A stretch of DNA of 64,000 nt. Origin: Antedon mediterranea (taxonomy: Eukaryota; Animalia; Echinodermata). This document shows, in pieces, positions 1-12,500 of this stretch. The notes under the pieces are model-generated. The model did not search any database. It had not been told where the DNA came from and worked only from the letters and a program-made list of their open reading frames with translations. A program made the position numbers and the translations under genes. The stretch spans positions 11,966,001 through 12,030,000 of the forward strand of contig NC_092672.1 in NCBI RefSeq assembly GCF_964355755.1. Direction: 5' to 3'. How positions within the stretch are numbered: the stretch's first letter is position 1; each line of letters begins with the position of its first letter.

Positions 1-800
1 AAGAAGGCTCATAAACTGCATAACCTCCCTATTCTCGGATTTGTCAAGGTGAAAGTTGAAATCCCCGGCAATGAGCAAGTCGGAATGTACTAATGCAATG
101 GTATCAAGCATGTTAGAGAACTCATTGAAGAAATGTGAGACGGTGAAACCATTTTTCTTGCTAGGAGGAGGACGATAGATAACTATAATTTGCAGTGTTC
201 GAATTCCGTTACTAAATTGAATTCCCAACGATTCAAAAGTACTACAGTCAGGTAAGTCCAGAGAGCGTGTTTTTAGACCAGCTTTGTACATGAAGGCGAC
301 TCCCCCATGACGACCATGTTCTAGGAACATGGTTAAACATGTAACCATCTGGAGTTATGCAGCCAGCAGAAATTGAGTCATCATCACGCAACCATGTCTC
401 AGTTAGCGCAAAAATGTCCAAATCGTTATCTATAATGTGCTCAAATATTGAAGTGGATTTTCCGGTTTGATTCGGATCACAAATTGATCTTGCATTAAGT
501 AAGCAAAAAGAAATTCTGGTTTGTGCACTGCTTGGATTTGGGATGTATTCTTGAAAAAACGATATATTTTGCTTTCTCCGCTTTGATGCGCCGCCACGGC
601 ATCTCCGTCTCGTTCGTTTTTTATTGTTAAGTCCAAGCCTACATATGTAACTCCAAGTAGATGAATCCAATCGGATAGATTTCAAACAGCAGCTAGATAT
701 GCTGTATAAAACTTTTGATGTGTAGTTGTACATTGAACCAAATAAATAAATAAATGATGAAGAGTACACATTCCTAGCTAGGCTAAAGAATGTCAGCACA
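1..800 (-). mobile_element. L2/CR1-clade non-LTR retrotransposon, APE endonuclease region (frameshifted; continues off the left edge)
   Basis: ORF 248..799 contains FCLLNARSI and LDIFALTETWL. After a frameshift the minus strand continues IIVIYRPP...LLIAGDFNFHLD. These are APE endonuclease motifs. Confidence 0.85.
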
Positions 801-1539
801 TATCAGCACAAACAACAACAAAGCAGATAGGCACACAACAGCCTACACAGCCTATGCTACAGAACAATAACAGCTAAGACAATGGTAGCTTAGGTAAGCT
901 AAAAACAGCCTAACACACAGTTCAGGTACAAAATCTCTGATTAATTATTATACTGTTCATGTAAGTCACTAAGATGATACAATATATAAATAACTTTATA
1001 TACTGGTGAAATAAGTGTAATAAGCGTATAAATGCGATCAACACTGTGCTGCCAGAAGCGCTCAGTGTGGCATTCAATGATCGGTTATTTGATAAAAATG
1101 TTATATTTGTGAAAGTACCTTCTCGAATTCATTAAGTGTCAAGACAAGAAATCGGTTAGAACCATGTTGCAATAAGTAGAATTCGTTTCTTCTTCGACTT
1201 AATTTAATTCAATATTTGGATTCAATTCTCTCGATATGTCATTCCCGGAGTGACAATTCTATTTTACTACATATCAACATCGTGCCTGTATCTGCCATTC
1301 CATGTTGACGATATGTATCTAGCTTACAACATTTATTTTCATAGTTGTGAGTACATCTGTGGGCACTTATAAAAGTTATTTTTAATTTCGTAAACATTTC
1401 AAAACATTTAGGGCAGCCTAAGAATTGGGCGATTATGTAATATACCCCAGTTTTTAATATGTTGCTAATCTATAGTAGATAATAATATGTTATGTTAACT
1501 GTTTATTGTAATTCATCATTATATTTTCAAAACAGTAAT

Positions 1540-1960
1540 TATAAATCACAAATTTAAAATTGTCGGTAACTAAATTATATAACATATCATTTACAATCAA
1601 TTGTATTTGTTTTTAGAAACAATTTAAACATTATAATTTAACTCTAAACTATAACGAATATCCTGTGAGATAATTTAAAGTTCATCTACTGTAAAATTAA
1701 ATATATTGTGATTTATTTATCATTATAAAATTGTTTATAAAATATATTGATTTAGTGTTTTGAGAAATGTTTTCGTCTAACAAATCTGTAAAAATTACAC
1801 GGTCCGCTAAGAGACATTTAAGGCTTACCAATCTATAATAGAAAATTTAATTTTTGTTTTACTGTCCGTTATCTGTTTATGAGAAGTTTCACCAATTAGG
1901 CCTACTTGTCTACTAAGTAATACATTGTTTTGCTCTATATTGAATTTAGTAGGCCTATAA
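1540..1960 (+). repeat. Dispersed non-coding repeat, similar to ~36135-36475
   Basis: Shared blocks such as gataatttaaag..tctactgtaaaatt.aatatattg and gtgttttgagaaatgttt, in the same orientation. Confidence 0.65.
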
Positions 1961-4900
1961 CATTATGTTCAAAACAGGTGGAATTTCACTTTTTATATAT
2001 TTTATAAACATTTAAATTACGTTTATTCATTCTTTCAAAACGTAATATATAATGTATTGATGTGTTCGTCGTCTACGCATCCTGTCTTTATCTGCTTACA
2101 AAGGAATGCAAAATGGCTAGCGTATTCCTAATTTAGGTCAACATTAGGACTTGTTATCGTACATAATAGAGTGTGTAATCTTACAGTAATCTCTAATGAT
2201 TATATGTTTACGGTAATACAGTATTTCAATAAAATAAATACTTACAATTCATCTTATAAGTAAATGATTATTCCTTATTTCAAATCCTTTATTTCTCCAT
2301 AAGTTGCCGTGTATGTGTACGACTTGCACAATATCAACAACATTGTTTGTGACTAGATTGGTACAGAGAATACCGAGTATATTTTTTCGCTCAAAAACAT
2401 AAAAGCGACTGGAAATGGCATGCTGAATAAACACAACAGGTAGTAGATCTGAATAACAATAATTCCATAATAGGGGTCGAATAACAATATTAGGTACCGA
2501 ACTATATTGTACTCAATGTATTGTTGATATTAAAAAGAAGTTTATCGAAGCAGAAAGAGGTAGGTCTACTATGAGACGAATAGCTAGCATTCCATTAGAG
2601 CAGCCTTTGATTTTTAATTCTTACTCAATTTCCTGATAGAGAGTACGTTATTATTAGCATTGGTAATAGAGTGCTTGGTTCATTTATTTTAATGGAGAAA
2701 ATGATGCAAAGGTAACATTTAAAACAAGTTTGATAATATTATGAGTAGGCCTGATTTAAAGAACATTTAGAATAATCATAATATATTGCTACTTTAAAGT
2801 GGAGATAACTCAGTGTCAACAATCTAAGTTTTTTTCTATAAAATATTGAATATGAATAATAATAATAATAATTATGAAATCAATTTAATCTCTGTTTTCA
2901 GTAAAAAGAACTTTGTGAATAAGAAAATTTTGAAAGAGAAATATTATGTTTGAGAAAAATAATTTAATAAAAAATTAGAATGTACATAAAAATAAGAAAC
3001 CAAGCATAAAGTACGACCATGGTTAATAAAACACTTTTTTAAATGAATCAGTAATAGTCACCTTGTTAACTAAGGTAACCTAGGCCTATATGTATCCAAT
3101 TATGTACACATGTACCTCTCATTTAATTTACATTTAAAAGAGAAAAACATTTTTTACTAACATTTGATCTTGATCTGAAGTACAAGTACTAGTCTAGTAA
3201 CAAAATGTGTACATGACCTTTAAACTCTAGCTGTTCTTTATGCCCTAAAACACTCAATTACATATGGGTCGTAACTGCATTGCATTACCATTCGCACTTT
3301 ATAGAAACGTAACAGATCAGAGATCAGCTAACAGGTTTTTGTTCCAATACAAAAGGCAGCAAAACAAATAATATAGGTGAAATCTCAATGAATCGAAACA
3401 CACTATTACTGTGGAATATATTAATTTCAACTCAATGGGTTTAACAAATGACTAAGCTTATTTTGTAAAGACCAAACATATACAGGAAAAGAAACACAAC
3501 TGTTTTTTATAGGTATATTGTTAAATAAGCACCATTAAATTAAATGTTTGATACATTTTCTAAGAACATCTATGAAGAACAAAACAATTACTGTGTGTTG
3601 GGCGTTAACGTATTATAATCGATTATCATACGTTTTATGTGTCAAGTGGTTAAAATAAGAAATTGACATTTAGTTTAGGTTCAAGTTTAATTTTAATTTT
3701 CAAGTAAAAAGCAATTGTTCTTCAAAATGATTCTTCATTTGTGTGAAAAACATACCATATATTTTAAATATAATATAATAATAAATAGATATGTGTATAT
3801 TTATTGAACATAATTTCCAGACAAATTTTAGTTAGGCCTACATTGTTTTAAAAATGCTAACGTAATGAATAGTTAGCCATAAACCTAATAGGTGTGAGTT
3901 ATGGTAAAGTTAATCAATTGCAACAACTGTACACTGTAGTCACGAGTCAGAGAAAAGATGTTAGATGGAAATGGTCCGTTAAATGGTTAAAGTTATTCTG
4001 CTATACAATGTATACATGTAGGAAGTTATTCTGCTCTACAATGTATACATGTAGGAATTTACTATAGTATTCATATGTTTCATTTTTAAAACGTGTGTTG
4101 CACTACAATTTCTTCTATAACCAGTAGACACAGATGCAGTGGAAGACAAAAACAATTATGAACCACTCAAACCAAAGAAGCAAAAACAAATAATTAACAG
4201 AACAAGCCTGGAAATACACCAGATTAATAGACATACTTAATTAGTTACTCCATTTAACATAATTTAGTGTTCACATATTAAATCCCTATTTCAACCAACA
4301 TTGCTATGATAAATAGTGTATAGCATATAACGTAATATATCAGTGTACACTGTTACTATAATAAACACACTATTTGCAGCCGTGACATTACCAGAAGGCA
4401 CTGATGCCTTATTACAAATAATAAGCCCACATGCAATACGTCAATCCTCTTCGTAACGATAATTTTGATTAATTCAAAACTTTAATACAATTTATCAAAT
4501 TATTAATTAATAATAATTTGTTTTCTCTTTTTTATATTAAACAATTCCTAAACATTCGAAGCACATGATTAAAACTATATTCTAATGGTTTATAATTATT
4601 TAATTCTACTGTTTTAACTGGTTTATATACAGTGTATTTTATAATCTGATTTGAGTTGGCTAATGGATTTATAAAGGTTGCTATAATTTAAATTCGAATG
4701 CTAACATTTTTATCATTCTTGTAACAATCAAACTATATGTTTCAGCCTATTATTAAATGTACTACGTAAAATTGTATGTACAGAATCAAGTGGAATGTTA
4801 GTTATGGATATTGGTTACCGTCAGTATACAGCATAATAGTATGATCTGTGGGTACAATCAACCTTACTAAGATGTTTCATGTTAAAAATAAAAGCCTTAA

Positions 4901-5863
4901 GTAATTGAAATTGGGTAAAAAAGTAACATAATACTATTATTTTGCACACTAACACTTACATTAGTCTTCGGTTATAACCCGTTATCGATTGTTTGTCGCC
5001 TCAAATAGTATCGTGTGTTACATTTTGTGTTTTACTTACTGTTGAATATTGTTAACATTAACATTATTAGGCCTATCATCGACCACCTTTTCTTAGTTTA
5101 TTTTTTTAACATAGCATCGATATATGTCCGATAAATAATATGTTTAAATATGTTTAAATATTAACAATTGTGATGTTAATTATAAATTCGTATTATAATA
5201 AGTATTACAAATTCATAATATTATAACAATGACATTTCGATGCATATCAATGGCAATAATGGACATAATGATGTTTTGTTTATTAAATAAATAAAATAAA
5301 AACATTATTAACAAATTCAGAGGTAAAATTGTATAACAAAAACATAAAATAATTGTTGTGTGTATCACCTATTGTTTATAGAAGATGTATTTTAAAACAA
5401 ACATTACACTTAAAATAATATAAGATACACCTAAACGTAAAAATAATGTTATGTTTGTTATTAAAATGATACACCAAGGTGACAAGAATGAGGACAAAGA
5501 GAGCTCGATCATCATGTGCATTCTTCTTTTTAAAATTACGGTCTGTTAACAATTTTGAATTACATTTCAAAGAAGATTCAATTCAACTCATACATCTTGT
5601 ACCATTGATTCATTAGTGTACGTACTGTCAGTAAGGCTGAGCTGTAATTAATTTCAGTCGCCATTGTTAAACCTTCTCATCATCTTTGTTTTTCATTTCA
5701 AGCACAAGATGGCGCACTACGACTAATTAGAGTCGTTATAATAAATAGGCGTGGCTTACTTATCCCTCTACGTTCAAATATCTTCTGAACGATTCAGCCC
5801 GCAAGAGGACTCTATATAAATTTGATATACCATTATGTATTTCATTCAATATGTATTTTTTTG

Positions 5864-6952
5864 GGGTGTCACGAAAGCTCAGACCACGAAAGCTCAGACC
5901 CCTTAAGACCTAAGATCACGAAAGCTAAGACCCAACACCTAAGATTACAAATACTAAGATATACTACAGCTTAAAAACAATACTTGTTTATCCATACATA
6001 ATTTTAAACACAGTAGGTTTCATTTATTACCATAAATATAATTTAATACTACCGCAAAACATAGATAAACTCACATTATTTTCGCCCGTTGAGTAAATGT
6101 ATATTTTTTCTTTACAACAAACAAACTTGACGGGTTGTTTGTTGGTATATATTTACTCCATTGTGTTGCTTCAGAGGATGTTTTTCTTACGCACCTGCCT
6201 TTCTTGTATTTTGACTCCAAATTTGTTGACTAACTTTATCCTGAACACCACACTTTAAAATTAGGACTTATAAGTACTTTCAGAAGGAGAAACACATAAT
6301 AACATATAAATAAATACTTTAAATTGATGATTTTACAGATGTGTTTCTTTGTATACTGTAATGACAATGTAACTCCTCCTCGAGCTCCCCATGCTCAATG
6401 TTTTTGTTTCTATGGAGCGCCAAAAAAGCAACAATAATAGTACAAGTATAAAAACAGAAAGAAAACGAAACAAAAAAACTTATCATGATTTTTAAATTAA
6501 AATTTATTTGCCAGTATTTATTTCTTCGTACTTGCATGATTATACTATTATCATTACAATTTTAATTTTACATTGTTCCATCCACACTGTAGATGGACTC
6601 CGCAGAGTTTTCAGCCCTCTATATAATTTTTGCTCTTTTGACGTTCCATAGAAACAAAAACATTGAACATGGCCCATGGGGTAGGCCTACTGTACTGTAG
6701 GCTAGTCATTTTGTGTGCGAGAAAAACGTCTGTAAAATCATCAATTTAAAAATGTGTTTGTTACTTTTTATGTGATTCTTTTTCATGAAAGTGCCAATTC
6801 TAAGGTGTGGTATTCAGAATAAATGTTGGGAGTTAAAATACAAGGCAGGTGCGAAAGATAAATATTTGTAATCTTAGGTGTTGGGTCTTAGCTTTCGTGA
6901 TCTTAGGTCTTAAGGGGTCTGAGCTTTCGTGGTCTGAGCTTTCGTGACACCC
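5864..6952. mobile_element. Non-autonomous TIR DNA transposon, Mutator/MULE-like
   Basis: 90-bp TIRs (5864-5953 and 6863-6952) starting GGGTGTCACGAAAGCTC. 10-bp TSD tatttttttg at 5854-5863 and 6953-6962. No transposase ORF. Confidence 0.9.
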
Positions 6953-8087
6953 TATTTTTTTGTCGCATAGCGTCTTTTTGTCGAATTTTTTAAACCGTTT
7001 GATTTTCTTTAAACGGATATTATTGCACCATATTCAATAAGCTGGTGATAGCGTCGACAAAGAGGTTAAGCAAACAAAGTGAAAGTAAATAATACAGTAT
7101 AATACATACACATACATTTTTACATTGTATTTATTACTGCAAGTTCCATTTTAAATAAGATTTCAGAAATAATCGGTAAATGAAATATCTTACTATTATG
7201 TTATGTGATATAATAATATGTACACTTTAATAAATAATACAAATAATTGATTAGAATGATAACTAAAAGAAAACAGTTAGTCTCAATTCGAATTATTAAA
7301 TAATCAATAAGTGTGAAACCGAACCTGTTATAAGTTCAATCAGTTCATTGCTAAATAAGCAAAACCAATTTATATCGTTACCCATTCCATGTTTGAATCA
7401 ATTATTGTGACCGCTATTATTTGCATATAGTATATTGACGATTTTTAAATTATCAAATAATGACATCACATGTTATGTGGCAGATTTATTTTCAAATCTA
7501 ACATTATGCACATTGAATTTCTATAAGATAATTTTAGAACTGTAGATAATGTATGTTTTGTACTGGTGGTACTGAGCTATTATTGTTTTTTTTTATTTTC
7601 TTTTTATCATGTATATAAATATATTGTATAATCCGGGTTGTAAAATGAAAACAAACAAATGAAAATGTGTGAACTATTTTAAAACGGGATAGATGATAAT
7701 GATGATCTTTTAAAGTGTATAGCAAAATATAAGAAAATTAATGAAAAAAGGAATAATACAGAATTCATATATCTAAAAATGTTACTTATGAACTGTTACG
7801 ACATTTACAAGTTAAATAATACGATTTTATGTAATATGAAATAATATGAATGTGAATAAAAGTGGTGTTTGCGCCACAAAAGAGACAAAAAAAATGTATG
7901 TTTTGTCATTAAAAACAAACATTTTATTTTACACAATAAGAAAGTGATGCACTGTTGTCTAAATCTTCATTAAAAAAAAGAAATATAATTTATAAATAAG
8001 CTAGCCTCAGTTGCTTGTTAATGTTCGTGCTTCAGACAATTAATAACTATACTAGATATTATTATAAAGTGAGGTGTTTTAATTAAT

Positions 8088-8225
8088 AAGAAAATGAAAA
8101 TGGTATCAGACTTCATTTAATTAAGAAAATGAAATTGGTATCGGACTTCTTTTAACTAAGAAAATGATATAGTATCAGACTTATTTTAACTAAGAAGAAA
8201 ATGAAAATGAAATGGTATCAGAGAC
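8088..8225. repeat. Minisatellite of ~35 bp, about 4 copies
   Basis: Repeated aagaaaatgaaa(t)tggtatcagactt..tttaa. Confidence 0.7.
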
Positions 8226-8356
8226 CTCTTCTAATTAAGATTTTTTATATACATTATTAGTTAGGCCTATACGCATTCTTAAAAATTGCTTTTCCGCTGA
8301 CATACAGTACACGAATTGTAGATACCATACCGATACTACTCCGTATGTCTGTATCT

Positions 8357-8494
8357 CATTAAACTTGGCCACAATTGGATGAATACTAAGTTTAATATTA
8401 AAGGGAATAGCGTTTCTTAATAATGTCATCAAACTTGGCTAAAATTGAATGAATACCAAGTGCAATATTAAAGAGAATAGTGTTTCTTAATAAT
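8357..8494. repeat. 70-bp tandem duplication
   Basis: cat(t/c)aaacttggc..aattg.atgaatac.aag...aatattaaa..gaatag.gtttcttaataat occurs twice. Confidence 0.7.
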
Positions 8495-8990
8495 TTCCAC
8501 ATAAAAACAACAGTATTCATCTGAATCTCGCCTAACTTACCACAATTATCAATGATTTATAGGTACTTTCAAATGGAAGGACAAAACTGCTACTAACTGT
8601 GTAGAGAAAAACCTTTTCTTTTAGTTGGATATTTTTATGTAAGAAAATAATACTGTAGGCGGGAGTATACACTCTCGGAGTACCCTCTAGTTTGCTTTAC
8701 AAACAGCCCCGAAATGTTAGTCGAAAGTTATCGAATAATATTTCCTTGCCTTTTATAACTGATCTTTTTATTTGGCGAATTTAAATCAATTAATATAACA
8801 TTTACTGGCTTCAAAGCTCTGTCTACATTATTAAACTTTAAAACAAATTTGATGTACCCATATATGGACGTGATGATGTCTGGGCATATCACACCTTTTT
8901 TTGCTCAAAATACTTTGAGCTTTATATTGTTTACCCAAACACTTGATTGATTTACCGACATTGAGTTTGGTAATATACTCGGCATCAATT

Positions 8991-9520
8991 CTAAGCATTA
9001 TATTCTAACTTTTCAGCAGGAACAGTCAAGTTATTCTCCTTTAAAAATGCAATAAATGATTGCAAGTTATCCTCCCTTAGAATCCCCCTTTGTTCAAGAT
9101 CTAATATCACAGTCCATTGGTTGTTACTTTGTTTTTTTAGAACACTTTTCAAACGGATGAGATCTCTTGTATTTTCTTTCGAAAGTGCGTCACCAAACTG
9201 AATTAGGTGTTGTCGATATGTTGAGAAGGAGGTGATACACTGGTTGGTTTTATCAAATTTCTCCTTTAACAGTTTGTTGACCTCCAGAACACCATTGGTA
9301 CCAGTGACATTAATTGCGTCAACAAGAACTTTAACGTTTGTACTGGTAAGATGGCCAGATCGTTTCAATAGGTTGAAGAAATGTATGCAGTCAGCATCCT
9401 GCAAATCATTGTAAGGTGTTATCAGATCTTTGCATAACACCTTCAGTTTATCAATTGAGCCATGTTCATCATACCAGCTTGATATGTTTACCACGATTTT
9501 TTCAAACTCTTCGGATGATC
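8991..9520 (-). CDS. Terminal exon of copy 1: tandem DED-like (death-fold) effector
   Basis: LKVLCKDLI...FFNLLKRSGHLTSTNVKVLVDAI followed by FSTYRQHLIQFGDALS...ILDLEQRGILREDNLQSF. Spacing resembles the DED1-DED2 pair of caspase-8/cFLIP; no RxDL motif. Fold assignment is by eye. Confidence 0.7.
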
Positions 9521-12500
9521 CTGTAAAAAAGAAAACCGAAAACAATTACATTCAGATTTTCAAGTTAGAAATTGTAATAATCATATTGCGCAATATGATG
9601 AATACTATCAATTGAATACACGCATTATTTGGTACACAGTGTATATCGTTGAACACCATGGACATAAACACATTCAATTCACTAGTATCATTCCTATTGT
9701 GGTGCGTTGGTATATTAGTTACCTGGATAAATTGGTGATGGCTCCACACTACTTCTGCCTGGAAATGAAATGATAATAAATGATGTTATATTTTAATTTT
9801 AATTCTTCAAAAGCTGTGTAGATATACTTATTATCATTACATAGATATTCACGTACATTTGTCACTGAAATATATCATTGTTATTTATTTGTAGGTTAAA
9901 TATGTATATAAGTAATATAGTTAGTTGTCATAAAATACATATTTATTTTGTCATTAAACACAATATTGATGAATGTGTAATCCCACCTTCCAAAAATAAA
10001 CGCTTTAAGCGATCAGTTTTCATCGACTTCTCACCACATGGAACAGTGCTGTTGTCTTCTTTTAAACACTCTTCCAGATCGTGTAAATGAATGTGCTCTG
10101 GATAACAGGCGATACACAACACACGTAGGTTGTAACCGATTCCTTCATTAGTTTTCAGCACAGCCTTTAGTTGAAGCTGTAAATAGCTTAGTATCTAAAA
10201 CAAAAAATACATAATCAATAAGTTTGAATGAAACGTTTCTTATAACTGCATTCAGATAAGCTATTACATTACAATATTAGAATCTTTACCTCAATGCATA
10301 AGCTCGGTTTTAGTTCAAATATTTCCTCTGTGTTATTTTCGTCAACTTTACTTCGACGGGATATTTCAAGCTGTTAAAAAAGATGTATTGATTTGTTGAA
10401 TTATTTAACATATTCTATCTCACACTGCTTACGTCTACGTATATTCATTACTGTAAATTTATTTGGTGAATATAATGTATCATTTAATTTTTAGAATTTT
10501 TCAGAGAATTAAAAATACCCGTTGGGCAACCTAGATACCAAAACATTAAAAACTGTAACACAAAATAGCCTCTATATTAATTTTAGTTATATTATTATAA
10601 AATTATTTGTTGTTTTATTGTCTAAGTTACTTTTATTCTAAGAATCTTAAATGAATACATATTATTAGAATACATAAATTATGTTGTAATCACAGCTTGT
10701 ATTATTATCCATCTGTGTAGTCATGATCAGACGTACTTAGCTCTCACTACTGCTAAAACTGATTGAATGTTTAGGAGACCAAATTTCTACATGCAGAAAA
10801 TGATCGGAAATAATTGATAATTTGATATTTGTTTAAAATCTTTCTAAAGACATGCTAGCTAATCAACAGAAATAATAAATATTCAAATTATTGTAAATAA
10901 TGAGTTAAATAAATGTTCGTACCTTCAACGCATGCATGTTTTCATTTTGATGGTCGATTTTCACGGGACCTAAACGAACCTCATGATCTCCAAAGTCAAA
11001 ATCACTACGATTTTGAAATACAACTGGGTCCCGTCCTCTACCTTTAAGCTCCACCAGGTTTAGAAATGCAACAACTAATGTATTGTACACAGAATCAGGA
11101 AGGAAGTCCGTAGGTGTAAGATAAAGTGATACCTTCTGTTTCTTGTCCATTTCAACTTTAAGGCTTTCATCCTTAATTTTCATCCGACATGGAACCAGGA
11201 ACATCCGGTTATCTTCGCTTTCATGCTAATGTAAAATAAGTATTTGTAGTGTTATGAACAATATAATATATAACATCGAACTATATTACTAAAATTATCT
11301 CAGATTTAGTTAAGAGCAAATTTGTTCAACTTACTTCTAATTTCTCATAGAGCAAACCAAATGTTTTCATCACTTCAGTAAAAATATCAAAACGATTTGG
11401 ATCTTCTTCTAATTCTCTTTTCCATAAATGCCGTAGCAATTTTTTCTCAAGGATCCCTTCCTTGTTAAGCTTTTTCCAAAGATTTCTTAATTGTTTCTGT
11501 TTCCAAATAATAAATACAAAAACTAATTTGTAAACGTATTCATACAACCACAATAAATGTTGACAACAAACAACTAACTAAAAGTAATCATGTATCCACA
11601 TGTCAATATTTTAAATCCGTTTTGTGACAATTATTTTGCTGCTAACCTTATCTACTTACCACTTCAATAGTTGGTTCAACCACTGTGATCACTTTTGTCA
11701 CCATTTCAATCATGTAAAGATTTGTTATCACTGTGTTTCTTAATTTCTTGTTAGTACTTGAATACATGATAACTCCAATGTCATTCAGGTACGCTATGGC
11801 AGTGTATAGCCCATTTTTTGAAATTCCACATTCAGTGCCGATTTTAGATGTCTAATGCAAATTAATAACAAAATAGAATTTATTGAATTTGATGATTAAA
11901 TATTGTTATTTTCCTTTAAAATAATTGTAAACAGCTTATTGTTGAATAAAACATAATTTTATCTAACATTCTTCCTTTTGACTTGACATTTTAGAAATCG
12001 CATTGTCGAGAACGCCTATTTCTGGTTAAATGTAACTGTTTCCTTGCATTTTTTATATTTATTTTACATTATCTTTGTTCAGTTTTTTTAGGATGATAAC
12101 TAGCTTTTATTAACATTACGAAACAAACAATTAAAATGTTTGATTTCATTAATAATTTTAGTTGCTCATGTTTTGCGGGAACAACTAAAACAAGAAAAAT
12201 AGTACAATAATGATGAAGACTCCCAAATACTAAAAAATGACAAGACATCTATATTTACTATTGTAATATTAATTCACATCACTGGCTCGAGAAAAGAACT
12301 TGGCAACATTTATTTATTTTATTTATTTATTTATTACCATATTTACTGAGGGTAGCCTATCCAGTAAAAGTAATTGTTACCGTATAGTACACTTTTTTTA
12401 ATAAGATAATAAATTATTTTTGTACCAGCGTTCATACTCTATGTGTTTTATAAATCTGTGTTTACAGTTGTGACAACATAAAATAAACGATTATACATTT

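Noticed and set aside
2249-2434. Short minus-strand ORF with a possible acceptor
   Set aside because: No recognisable motif and no connectable exons.
5700-5820. YY1-like (aagatggcg), GC-box-like and TATA-like motifs
   Set aside because: Short motifs with no linked gene visible; could be chance.
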